A stretch of DNA of 64,000 bases, from NCBI GenBank assembly GCA_030704615.1, contig CM060731.1, positions 15,376,001-15,440,000 on the forward strand, read 5' to 3'. The position numbers were made by a program, and so were the translations under genes. The DNA is from Takakia lepidozioides (Eukaryota; Plantae; Bryophyta). Below the pieces are notes generated by a model. It saw nothing but the letters and a program-made list of their open reading frames with translations. It was not told the origin of the DNA and did not search any database. This document shows, in pieces, positions 13,051-25,500 of the stretch (position 1 is its first letter; each line of letters starts with the position of its first letter).

Positions 13051-13619
13051 CTGGCCAAACATAGAAAGGCACATAAGCTAGATCCACAAACAGAAATCTG
13101 CAGAATAAAGGCAGACTAAAAGGAGAGGGATGCAGCATCATATCCACTACATCCTGTAACCTATCCCTAAGCTTCGAAAAAGTTAGCAGATTTGCGATGC
13201 TTTTCAGTACTTAATGAACTCGCATCCAATTCACTACTTGTCGTGCTAAAATTAGCTGCAATGGCAGCTTGGGAGAGAACCGCCTCGGGGAATTGAGCAC
13301 CGCTTGAAATATTTAAGCTCGTGAGATATTCACGTCAACGGAAAGATAACCAGAAATCTTGGAGATGTTTGCTTGCCGCCAAGTACAAAGACGGTTTACG
13401 TTGAAGAAAAGGTCAAACCTGACAATTTCGACAAGGTATATAATCTTTAAAGCAAGTAAAAGCTAGCGAGTTGCTACACATTCTTCGAATAAACGAAGCC
13501 TGTAAACGAAGCACCTACGAGGGCGGCACCTCAAATCAGTGAATGCCCTCGGTCCAGGGACGTACCCTATACATTTTTCCGTGTGTAGTTTTAGTACGGA
13601 CAAATCGTGGAAGAGTACC

Positions 13620-14770
13620 GTATGTTATATTTTTGGAGGAGTATGTTATATTTGGAGGAGTACGTTATATTTTTGGAGGAGTACGTTATATTTGGAGCAG
13701 TACGTTATATTTGGAGGAGTACGTTATATTTTTGGAGGAGTACGTTATATTTTTGGAGGAGTATGTTATATTTGGAGGAGTACGTTATATTTTTGGAGGA
13801 GTACGTTATATTTTTGGAGGAGTATGTTATATTTGGAGGAGTACGTTATATTTGGAGCAGTACGTTATATTTTTGGAGGAGTATGTTATATTTGGAGGAG
13901 TACGTTATATTTTTGGAGGAGTACGTTATATTTTTGGAGGAGTATGTTATATTTGGAGGAGTACGTTATATTTTTGGAGGAGTACGTTATATTTTTGGAG
14001 GAGTATGTTATATTTGGAGGAGTACGTTATATTTTTGGAGGAGTACGTTATATTTTTGGAGGAGTATGTTATATTTGGAGGCGTACGTTATATATTTGGA
14101 GGCGTACGTTATATTTTTGGAGGAGTATGTTATATTTGGAGGCGTACGTTATATATTTGGAGGAGTACGTTATATTTTTGGAGGAGTATGTTATATTTGG
14201 AGGCGTACGTTATATATTTGGAGGAGTACGTTATATTTTTGGAGGAGTATGTTATATTTGGAGGCGTACGTTATATATTTGGAGGGGTACGTTATATTTT
14301 TGGAGGAGTATGTTATATTTGGAGGCGTACGTTATATTTTTGGAGGAGTATGTTATATTTGGAGGCATACGTTATATATTTGGAGGGGTACGTTATATTT
14401 TTGGAGGAGTATGTTATATTTTTGGAGGAGTATGTTATATTTGGAGGCATACGTTATATATTTGGAGGAGTACGTTATATTTTTGGAGGAGTATGTTATA
14501 TTTGGAGGCGTACGTTATATATTTGGAGGGGTACGTTATATTTTTGGAGGAATATGTTATATTTGGAGGCGTACGTTATATATTTGGAGGGGTACGTTAT
14601 ATTTTTGGAGGAGTATGTTATATTTGGAGGCGTACGTTATATATTTGGAGGGGTACGTTATATTTTTGGAGGAGTATGTTATATTTGGAGGAGTACGTTA
14701 TATATTTGGAGGAGGACGTTATATTTTTGGAGGAGGACGTTCTATATTTGGAGGAGGACGTTATATTTGG
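13620..14770. repeat. Minisatellite, 19/21-bp unit ggaggagtacgttatat(tt)tt
   Basis: More than 50 tandem units. The variants ggaggc and ggaggg appear progressively along the array. Confidence 0.97.
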
Positions 14771-15329
14771 ATAACGTAGTTTCCCAATATAAGGTCATAA
14801 GTCATTACTTAGCTTGTTCCGCAAGCTTTGGTCGACGGATGAGACATGAGACTCTGTGGGGCAAACGCAGGTGTCGCGTGTCGCGCGACTTGAGGGAGAT
14901 AAGCGAATCTTGGTTCTTTGAACGGATGAGAATGTGGGTGGGATGAATGAGCGACATCGTCAATCACGGCAGACGTGGGGTCAAACCCTGGAGTCGGCGT
15001 GTAAATCCTTTGTTTGGGCGAACGGAGTGCAAGTGGTGCGGATGAATGACAATCGTTGGTCACAGTATCAAACCCTGGTGCTAGCAAACATTTCAGGTCG
15101 TTTGCATGAATGAATGGAGTGCAGATGATTCGGATGAATGCAGCAGTTGATCATGGCATCAAAACACCAGCAAGGTGGATGAATTAGGGGACAGATCATG
15201 GATGAACGGTGACACATCCATCCATTTAAGCCACCTGCACTTAGGGGATTGGAGGCTTGATAATTTGTTGTGTAATTGATAATTATAAATTATGGCTCTT
15301 TGACTAAAGGGAAGGAAAGGGGTAAAAAC

Positions 15330-15786
15330 CAATGTTGGACTGGTATCAAGTTTCTTACATACCAGTCTGGTCTACATAACGGTGGATGTGTATTTGTCCA
15401 AATACTGGTATGAGTATGAGTATCATGACCACAATACCAGCTGGTATGAGGTATCAACTCTGGTATCATCCTTTATGTGTATTGTATTTATTTTCACTTG
15501 ATATTTGCTATTTGATAAACTTGTAATTCAAAGATGGCTTTAGAAGTAAATATACATAAATACAAATGTATAGGCAAATGTACACATAAATTAATATGGT
15601 ACACATACCAGAGTAAATGAGGTAGACTGCGGGGGAGTACTGGTATTGTGGCTGGTTTGAAAAAACTGATACCAGCTATATGACCAAGTATTCTCCCAAA
15701 CGATACCAGACTAGTCTGGTATCTAATACCAATGCATATACCAGTACTTTATACCAGTCCTTCACCTATATACCAGTCCAACACTG
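15330..15786. mobile_element. hAT-type MITE (457 bp)
   Basis: TIR caatgttggactggtat / ataccagtccaacactg. 8-bp TSD gtaaaaac at 15322-15329 and 15787-15794. Many taccag/ctggta subterminal motifs. Confidence 0.9.
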
Positions 15787-15824
15787 GTAAAAACCCAACT
15801 GTCCCTTTGTCTTGACTTAATTAA

Positions 15825-16466
15825 CCCTTCAACGCCCAGTAGGCCGTTTCGGGCTTTTGGGTTTAGAAAAATCTGAATAACTTTTTGCATTCTCCATGGA
15901 ATTGTGTGAAAAAAAAATATGCACCTGGCACACCAAGATTCATTGCCTGATTGCCTCGGATCTGCCAAGTCGCAAAGAGGTCTCATCACGCAAGCAGGGG
16001 GGTCACGATTTGATAAAGGTAATTCTCGTTGTTTCATTCTTCACACGTGTTGTGTGAGAGGGAGAGAAACATGGGATTTTTCCAAGTTTGACCAAGTGGC
16101 AACATCACATGCATTGGCCAAATTGGATACTTTTTGGCTTGTTGGATGAGGGATCTCAAGGGGATGAAACCATGCTAATTTCGCCTCAATCCCATTTGAT
16201 CCTGTCACTCAAATCTTTAAAAAATTACCAAAAATGGATATGTTTCTCAAAAGGGCCCCAATAATGGGGCTCACATTCAACGGTGGCATTTTGTGAATCT
16301 GGGGCTGATTGGCCTCAAATTCAGCATGTGGATGCAGGAGGAAGGTACGCACCTAATGTGCGGTCAAGTTCTTTAAAAGGTTAAATTTCTGAAAGTTACA
16401 CCTTTTTTTCACTTAAGGGGTCATGTTTTCCGAAAAAGTCAAACTATGGCACTGGGCGTTTAAGGG
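15825..16466. mobile_element. piggyBac-type non-autonomous element (642 bp)
   Basis: TTAA on both sides (15821-15824, 16467-16470). 16-bp TIR cccttcaacgcccagt / actgggcgtttaaggg (15/16), starting CCC. Confidence 0.85.
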
Positions 16467-17545
16467 TTAAAAGGGCTGCGTAGGTTTTATTTGAGGAGGG
16501 GTAGTCATGGTGAGTGTCACTAAATCAAGTGGAATAAAGGGGACCGATAGTAACACTTGCCTCTATGAACTTCTCTGCACCCTCCGCCGCCTTGTCTTTC
16601 CTTCTTGCAGCCTCCGCCACCTTGTCTTTCCCTCTTGCAGCCACTTTGATCCTACCTGCCATACCTGGCCCGACCCCCATCATAGCAAACAACTACTCAC
16701 GCTGGCTCTGGCTCTCAAACCACTAGTGAGACACGCTACTAGTGCCCGTGCCAGCATGTTGAAGACACAAGTTACAAGCAACTAGTCAGTTGCTTCTCAC
16801 CGGACCGACATATTAGTAGAAGTATCTAGAAACTGGAACTATGTAGGCAGTCAACTAGAACTAGAACTATCTAGAAAGCCCACGCTAGAAAGTCAATTTT
16901 GGACCCTTCATTTCATTAAATAATACAAGTGGCCTTAATACATTGGCCCCCTCTTTTAACTCTTGGACCACGCTAATTCCTAGACCACTCTAGAATTAAC
17001 CGGGCCGAATGAAACTGCTCTACATATTCACATGGTCGCAGCTTTGATTCAGGCATGGCAAGGCTGTAAACTGGATATACGTACCAACCTTGAAAATGAG
17101 GAGGTCCTTCTTGGTTGTGTGAGCAGCAAGTGTGTAAAGGGGTCTCGACTTGATGCATGAGTGGGAACGGTGTTGTTCATGGTGAATGAGGGATTTAGTT
17201 AGTGTGCAAGAGTAGTTTTATAACTGTGCTCATGGCAGTGACAAAGGATTGAGCAAATATGAAATGCACAAATGAGAAGGTCATAAAATAGAATAGCACA
17301 GAGTCTGAATTCCTGAACATAGTCAGCGGATCAGCCCTGTGGGACCCAGCGGATGTTGGGGCGGATATCCGCCCTGACCACGCACATGGGCGGATGAAAT
17401 CCCACGAGTCATCCGCTGGGTAAACTCGGGCAAGAATTTCACCGTAGCCAACTCGGTCGTCTCTCTCCTCTCGACGGCACACACGCCAGTACTCCTAGGA
17501 GGGAAAATACCACATGAGGGTAGCATAAATTTGGTTCCTTGCAAA

Positions 17546-18845
17546 AAATGGAGAGGTTGTTCATTGGCAATGTCATTTTGATATGGATGCTTATGTCTAT
17601 GAGCTTAGGGAATTGTATGATAGTCAAATCAAAGGCGAGACTTATTTTGGGAGAGAAGGAGCAGTCACTGGGATATCGATACTTGCCGGCACTTTGTCGA
17701 AAGAAGAGAAGGCCTCCACGCATGTGGTGGAAGGAGCCTAGACAACACGCACTGGGAGTTGATAGAAGCACAAGTTTGGCATATTACACCTGAGATCAGA
17801 GATATGAAATTTCTACGGAATTATATAATGACATTTGAGGCTTTCAACAATTTGGTTAATGAGCTTACGCCATTTGTTAAGTCCACTACTTTAAATCAAG
17901 TAAGACCATAACTAGAGATCCGAAAGATTGTAGCCGTTCTTCTCTATCGATTCGCACATGGTATTTCCCCAACCATAATGGCGGATTGATTCAATATTGG
18001 TGCGTCAACCATACACAAATATATTGACATAGTTTGTGTTGTTCTTACGACACCCGAGTGTCTCTTTAGCAAGTACCAATACACACCGACAGGAGAACGA
18101 TTAACATAAATTATCCATGTTTTCATGCAGACTACAGGGTTGCCTAACATCGTTGGTGCCATCGATGGAACCCATATTCCTTTTGCAGAAAAACCGAACA
18201 AGAGGGTCACCCTGGCGGCAGCAGATTTCTACAACCGCAAAAAAATCAATAGCTTCGTTTTGCAAACTGTGTGCAATGCAAAAAAGGTGTTTTGGAATGT
18301 TTGTGCTGGCAGCCAGCCTGGGGGTTGTGTGGATGGAGGTCAATTCAAGGTGTCACGGTTGTACAGAGATTTGAAAACTCGAACAATTCTACATGAACCT
18401 GTGGTTACAGTTCAGGGGATAAGAATCACACCATACTTGATTAATGATTCGGCTTATCCAATTCGAACATACTTGATGAGGAACTACAAGCCTCGAAACC
18501 CTGAAGAAATAGACAAGCGGCGTTTTGATTCTAGCATGAATAGTGGGAGAGTTGTCATTGAAAATGCATTTGCATCTTTGAAAAATCGTTGGCACATTTT
18601 GAAATGTTTGAATTCTAGGGTTGTTAGGGCAAGTGCAGTGACAATTGTTTGATGTGTCTAGCACAATTATTGTCAGATGTGGGGCATGCCTAAGCCAAGG
18701 AATGATGGAATTAGAGACAATTTGGCAGGTTTTGGTGGGAGCCAGATTGCTCATCCTAAGAGAAGGTGAAGCGACAAAAGTAGGAGGCGAGAGAATGAGA
18801 GAGAAACTGTACACACAATGGTTGATTGACAACCCACGTGAATAA
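17546..18845 (+). pseudogene. PIF/Harbinger DDE transposase (HARBI1-like), decayed
   Basis: IVGAIDGTHIP, YNRKKINSFVLQTVC, YLINDSAYP and RVVIENAFASLKNRW motifs in ORF 18125-18652. Flanking segments are broken by stops and frameshifts. Confidence 0.9.
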
Positions 18846-19039
18846 AATTGTTTGAATAGTAACTATGAATCTATAGAACAAATGTTAAACACACACAACT
18901 GGCATGAAATCATATTTAGATTCAATGCCCTCGGAGGGCATGTGCTAACTTTTTTTCATTACTCTGAATGGTGTGAAACAATACCACAGAGCTAGGAATC
19001 AAAGATACATTTCCAAAAATGTATTGCATACTGAAGCAA

Positions 19040-20260
19040 CATGCAATCACAAGATCCTACATGTCAAAATGTGATAGAAGGTCACATTTTCAAAGAAAAC
19101 AAAAGCTTCAAAATGGACCTCGGTTCTCTGGCCATAACTTCTTGTGATCTTATTCAATTGAGGTGAAACAAAATCTGAAAGCTGGAGAATCAAGGCACCT
19201 TTTCAATTTGATATTAAAATCTCACACAACATAAATCCACAACATTCTACAAGCCCAAATGTCAGAGGAGGTCACATTTTTAAGAGAAACCTAAGATCAT
19301 CAAGCTGGGCCTCGGTTTTATGGGCATAATTTCTTGTGGTCTTACTCAATTCAGGTGAAACAAAATCCCAAAGGTGGCGAAGCAAGTCAGATTTCCAAAA
19401 TAATATCACAAATCAATTCTTCATAAAATCCCAACATTTTACAAGTCCAAAGGTGAAGGCAGGTCACAACATGAAGAAAAACAAAATACTTCAAGATGGG
19501 CCTCGTTCTTCTGGGCATAACTTCGTGTGGTCTTACTCGATTGATGTGAAACAATATCCCACACCTGGAGAATCAAGCCAGCTTTTCAATGAGATATTTC
19601 ACTTACTTATCCTATAAAATCTAAACATTCTACAAGCGCAAATGTGAATGCATGTCACATTCTGAATGAAAACCATAGAACTTGAAGCTGCACCTCTATT
19701 TTTTGGGCATAACTTCTTGTGTTCTTACTTAATTGGAATGAAACAACAACAGACAGCTGCGGAATCTAGGTATCTTTCCAACAAGCCAACACATTCCCAT
19801 ATTGCATAAATTTTCTACATTGTGCAACCCCAAATGTGAATGTAGATCAAAGTATAAAGCAAAACAAAGTAATTGAAGCTGCACCCATATTTTTGGATAT
19901 AACTTCTTTAGATCTTACTCATTGGCATGAAATAATATCCCACAGCTGGGGAATCCATGTAGCTTTCCAAGAAGCCATCACATATCCTTGTAGCCTAAAT
20001 TCTCTACATGCTACAATCCCAAATGTCAAAGCAAGTCAAATTGTGAAGAAAAACAAAGTAGTTGAAGCTCATCCTCTATTTTTTGGGCATAATAAATTTT
20101 GTACTCACTCAATTGGCATAAAACAACAGCCTATAGCTGGGGAATCTAGGTAGCTTTCCAACAAGCCATCACACATCCTTGTAGCCTAAATTCTCTACAT
20201 GCTACAACCCCAAATGTCAAAGCATGTCACAATATGGAGAACCACAAAGTGCTTCAAGTT
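19040..20260. repeat. Tandem array, ~191-bp period, ~6 diverged copies
   Basis: Motif cctc..tgggcataacttcttgtg.tcttactcaattg at ~19118, 19310, 19501, 19693, 19884 and 20073. Confidence 0.85.
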
Positions 20261-20390
20261 CAATGTATTTTTTTTTTGTTCTAACTTCATGTCTGTGCTC
20301 ATTGTCACTAAACACACTCATGAGCCACAACAAACTAAGGGAATCAAGTGCTATCACCCACGGACGATGCGCCTGAGCCATCGTTTGGCT

Positions 20391-20946
20391 TTAACACATC
20401 TGCAAACAAACAGCCATCTGAAACTGGGTTTGCATTGCCAACTCGCGACTTGTTTGCTCGTTTTGAAGAATTTGCGAGCTGGTGATTCTCTCGGTCATCG
20501 CCATCTTTAGCGTCTCCATCTCTTTGATCCCCTCCCCAAATTCTTTGATGGCACTTGCAATGGCAGTAGATCCCCCAGAGAAACGTCGCTTCTTTGAATT
20601 TGGACGTCCTTGCACACCTGGCAATTTGCAAGCTGCCGTTCTAGGAGTGTAAGGCAGATCCTGCTGAATTGAAGATGCAAATCACTACAACATTTTTTTT
20701 GGGGGGGGGTGTGTTTAGCGACGCCCATAGCTACCCCGTGCCGTACGCGCCGACCCTTCAACATGGATTTTTGGAAATTTTGGGCTTTTTCACTCCTTTC
20801 TCTCTTGAGGACTCATCCGAAGTACAATCAACTGCATGAGTGGTTTCCTCTAAAATCACAAGTTGTTGATCTTGAAAACCTATCCATTGATTCATCGTCA
20901 ATGAGACCATCAAGTAGAGGTACTGCCATCCCAAGCCTAGCTTCAA
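20391..20946 (-). pseudogene. Probable C-terminal remnant of the Harbinger second (DNA-binding) ORF
   Basis: Convergent with the transposase. Reads NSKKRRFSGGSTAIASAIKEFGEGIKEMETLKMAMTERI (basic motif plus coiled coil). No Myb domain was seen. Confidence 0.5.
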
Positions 20947-20974
20947 TTAAACTTCAATTAGCTTCAATTCAACC

Positions 20975-21800
20975 CATCCGTCATGATGTCATTTCTGCAA
21001 GTTTCAAAGCCCATCTATGCTTGCTTGCTTTGAACTTTTTGTTAACTTGTCCAATTTAGATGTGCTATGGCATTATAGAATGCTAAACAACTACTATGAT
21101 GTACTATGAGGGCCTTTTGAGGGTCAAAAGTCTTGGCAGATTCTTAGATAGCACCCATTAGTCGTGATGTCATTTTTGCAAGTTTCAAACCCAACCCATG
21201 TTTGCTTGCTCTCAACGTTTTGTCAACTTGTCCAATTTGGGTGTGCTATGGCACTATAGAATGCTAACAAACATTATAACATAAATATGGGGGCCTTTCT
21301 GGCTTCAGATTTTCTTTTCAGAGTTTTAGATGGCCCCGATCAGAATGATGTCATTTCTACAAGTTTCGAGACCTTCTCCTACTTGAACACCTTCAACTTC
21401 TTCTCAGCTTGTCAGATTCAGGTGTGCCATGGCATTATAGAATGCTAACAAGTAGTATGATGTAGACATGAGGGACTTTCTTCAGATTTTTTTTTTCAAA
21501 GCTTTAGATGGCCTCCATCAAAACTGATGTCATTTTTGTGCATTTCAGGATGAAGGCAAGCATTACAATGTACGTATGAGGACCTTACGTGTTGTCATTT
21601 CTGCAAATTTTGGATCCTTCACTTACTTGAATACCTTCTACTTCTTCTCAACTTGTCCAGTTGAGGTGTGTTATGCATTATAAAAATTCAACAAGCAAAG
21701 TTATAATGTACACATGAGGACCTTTCGAGCTCCAGATGTTTTTTCTCAGTTTTAGATGGCCCCCCTTGGAACTGATGTCATTTCTGCAAGTTTTGGGGCA
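20975..21800. repeat. Tandem array, ~181-bp period, 4-5 diverged copies
   Basis: tgatgtcatttctgcaagttt-like motif at ~20983, 21165, 21346, 21525 and 21774. Confidence 0.8.
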
Positions 21801-21878
21801 TTCACCCAAGGTCTTAGAGGTGTACTGCTCATAAATATACTTGGAATTTTCTGGACTCCTTGTTTCATGTGTTCACCT

Positions 21879-22042
21879 TGTTGTGCGCATACATATCGCT
21901 ACACAACTACATCGCTGTCCAAAACCACACAACACATGTACACACCACACACTAGTATACCACTAGTCCACCACTAGTCCAACCACTAGGCTACAACTAG
22001 TCAGTCACTAGGCTGCCACTATGGCAGTCACTAGTCCACACA
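21879..22042 (-). repeat. Terminal repeat segment A (outer copy)
   Basis: Direct repeat of 22374-22549 with ~5 substitutions and a 12-bp indel. Confidence 0.95.
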
Positions 22043-22043
22043 A

Positions 22044-22549
22044 TGATAAAGAAAGAAGAATACAAGCACAATCTCATGCGAGCTCACAAAGCTGAAGCAT
22101 AAACTCATGCATATATAAACTCATCATTCAAATACAAGTCAAGCCAAGTGCACCCCACACCATGGGGAATCCACACTACGGCGCCATAGCTAGGCGCGGT
22201 GAGGCTCAACTCGAGAAAGATGAGCCTCCCGCGCTTGCCGTGAAGATAACCACTCCAGGGCCTAAATCTGCCTTGACCCCTGGATTGACACTTGGGCCAA
22301 TCCCAAATGTCAATATGTAAAAGCTAGCTATTTCTTAGCTAGTTTCATACTAGTGGTAAAATAACTTGACAGCTGTCGTGCGCATACATATTGCTACACA
22401 ACTACATCGCTGTCCAAAACCACAGAACACATGTGCACACCACACACTAGTATACCACTAGTCCACCACTAGTCCAACCACTAGGCTACAACTAGTCAGT
22501 CACTAGGCTGCCACTATAATGCTCACTACGGCAGTCACTAGTCCACACA
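22044..22549 (-). repeat. Complete canonical 3' LTR (A'-gc-B in sense), preceded by PPT
   Basis: The sense strand reads GGGGGGCGAT|TGTGTGG...GACAGCTGTC...TTTATCA. The purine tract is at 22551-22559. Confidence 0.8.
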
Positions 22550-22559
22550 ATCGCCCCCC

Positions 22560-25500
22560 GCACCATCTCCCAAAACAGACCCGACCTCAAGTCTCGTAAT
22601 CCATTGCCATGCCCGGCTGATGAATGCCCTTGGCAAGGCCAACCTGCCACTACCAGATCAATGGAGCCAACCCGCTCCAAATCCTGCGCCCCCAACAACG
22701 AAATGTTTGCTGGCAAGGCCTGCTGATATCCACGAACTGCAGCCACCGGCAACAACTCAGGGTACCGCTGTACCAACTGAGCAATATGACGAAGTGAAAC
22801 ACGTCGTGCAGTCTCATCCCTCTCCACATACAGGTAACGCCGAACTCGTACACCTGCCTGTAACACAACAGCCAATCTGGTGTTGATCCCGTCAAACAAG
22901 TCTAGAAGACAAATGCCTTCATCCGGATACTGCCACACAATAGATGTGGTGTCCAATGGAGACAACTGAGGTGGTCCTGGTGCAATCCCCGCACTCTCCT
23001 CCTCTCCTGATGGTACAAAAGCCTCCACCCAGGCTTGTTGCACCCGTCGATCAGCAACCCGCTGCAAATCCTTGCTCGTGCCCCACAATGGAGTCTGAGC
23101 AACCATGGCAGGCAACTCCGCCATATCATACATGTTATCATGTTCTCCTCGAGGTATGTCATCCTCTGAATGAGCATTTCCCTCAAGCAACTCTCCAGGC
23201 CAAGTTGCTAGTGTCGGCACCTTGCTCCGCCGGGCAACCGCAACACCTCCTATAAACGTCACAGGGAGCTGCACACGCCGGCCCTCCCCTGACTGCCATC
23301 CAGGCCTATAGGAAGCTGACTCCTCCCAAAAATCCAGGGTGAAGCCCATGGGGTACAACATTGCCCCACTAACCAGGACATCGTACGAGACCGCGTCTGA
23401 CACAATGGCCTTGGCTCGCATCACTAAGCCATCTGTAGAGTGATCCGGCCGTAGTCTGATAGCCAACTCACGCCGTGTCATGCCCCGAGCCTGCTCCGAT
23501 CCTCCCAGAGACGTCTGTATCTGGAAAGGACAAGGCTCCATATCCGCCTCTGTGAGGCCCAAGCCTGCAATAGCAGCTCTGCCCAGCATCAATGGCTGAG
23601 CTCCTGAGTCCAACAAGACCCGCAGTGGCCGGTACCTCTTGCCTGCCGGTCCACTCAAATAGAAAATGTCATCCTGGTTGTCTAACATGACAACTCCAGG
23701 TGTCACCATGGCGCACTCAATGGCTGGCCTAGCTGGCAGTTCCATCAACCTGGCAGCTGCAGCTTGCCATGGCGCCGTCGTGGTAGTCTTGACCCTCAAA
23801 TCTGAGGATCCCTCCGACAGTACACCTCCCACTATCTCCGCAGAAGATGAAGTAACCTCCCCACTCTCACAGAGTGTAGCTGCCAGCCTGAATACCTCAG
23901 CTGGTTTTACCCCCGGCGTCGCAATCATGGTAGCCGAGAACAATGGAGCCTGACACACAGATGTGGCCGCTCCTAGCAGCACACTAGCTGCCGTAGCCTT
24001 GGCAACACTAGGTAGTGGTGTTACCCGTGTAGCTCTCCCCAATGGTGTAGTAACCTCCGCCTTGGTAACAGTCGGGCGAGAACTAGGTGCCATGGATGGC
24101 GTCGACACTGTCTCCGCCAATGTGAATGACTGAGGGAGCCTAGCCCGACGGCTTACCTCCCCACACTGTGGATACAACTCCACCTCTGCACCTCGTGGCT
24201 CAGGAACTCGTGCTGCTCCTCGAGTCACGGCTGCAGCAGACTCCACCTGCACTAGTGGTAGTGCTGCTCCGCACATGAATCCCATGCCTCCCATATCTCC
24301 TCCCTCAGGAGCAGGAGGTGGACCATCCGGCCTTGGAGCCGGTACCACCTGAGCTGTAGCCATGGCAGCGAGCCTCTGCTCTAGCTGCTAAAGCCGGTTG
24401 GCCATGCCTTGGTCAACACCTTGACCTCCGCGTCTTTGGCCATGTTGAGCTTGCCCTTGGCCTATACCCCGTGCCTCGCCACCTCGTCCTCTTTGGGCTG
24501 CTCCCCCTCGCCCCCGGCCACCATTGTTCCCTTGGAACTGGCCTGGGCGCAACTCGGGATGCAAACCATAACACTGGGCCTCTCCATGCCCGTGCTTGCC
24601 ATAATGCCCACACTGCAACTGTGCAGGCTGTGCATGTGCCGGCCCTTTGCCTCCCTCTGGACAATCCTTCTTGACATGGGGTCCTCCACATGTCCAACAC
24701 ACCACATCCGCCCGTTGTTGGCTTGCAAATGAAGGGAGAGACCCCTGCATCTAAGGTCCTCTCTGCCCTTCCCTGAGCTTCACCTGAGCCCCCTTGTTGC
24801 CTTGAGCACGTTGAGGTAGTGGTTGGCTAGGAGCACCACTACCCCGTGGTGTCTCCTTAGCAAATCCCACCATGACCACTCGTTCCTCCACCATGTTGAG
24901 CTCTATTCGCTCTGCCAGCAAAAACACATTTGCTAAGGTGGGTTGGGCCGCTTGTAGGAGAGTTGCATCCCGCACCCTTCTCCTCAGCTCCTTGTCCAAT
25001 ATCCCATACCAGAATTGGACTGCCTGAGCTTCCGTAACCCCTTGGGTTACATTTATCAAGCACATCATGCGAGTGAAAGCCTCCCTCAAGCTCTCAGTAG
25101 GCTTCTGTTGGAACTCTTGCAAGCTCCGCAACTTCTCTGTCTTCACCCCTTGGTAGTTCCTTCTCAACTCTTCGAAGAACTCCACAACAGGGTTGAAGGC
25201 AGGCACGGGTACTGGTGCTGGTGCGGTAGTGGCTTGGGTGGACGTCGTAGCTACGGTACCACCAGTCCTACTAGTCCTACTAGTCCCACTGCTGCTTGTT
25301 GAAGCTGCCGGTGCAGCGGCAGGTGTAGCCACTGCCCTCGTGACTCTAGTGCCCCTAGTGATGGAGACATAGTCGGGTGACCAGTACATCCTCCACTCCT
25401 CGATCTCAACCTCATGCCCCCGCCTGAACTCATGGTAATCATCCATAGGCGGCCTCTCAAGGTGCTGAAACAGCCCCTTCCATGTCATGAAAGGCGTAAA

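Noticed and set aside
13539-14946. Three long ORFs (390-467 aa)
   Set aside because: They are translations of a stop-free minisatellite.
16720-17160. Possible LTR/PPT remnant (minus-strand gagggggccaa-TG)
   Set aside because: No partner LTR and no convincing pol motif.
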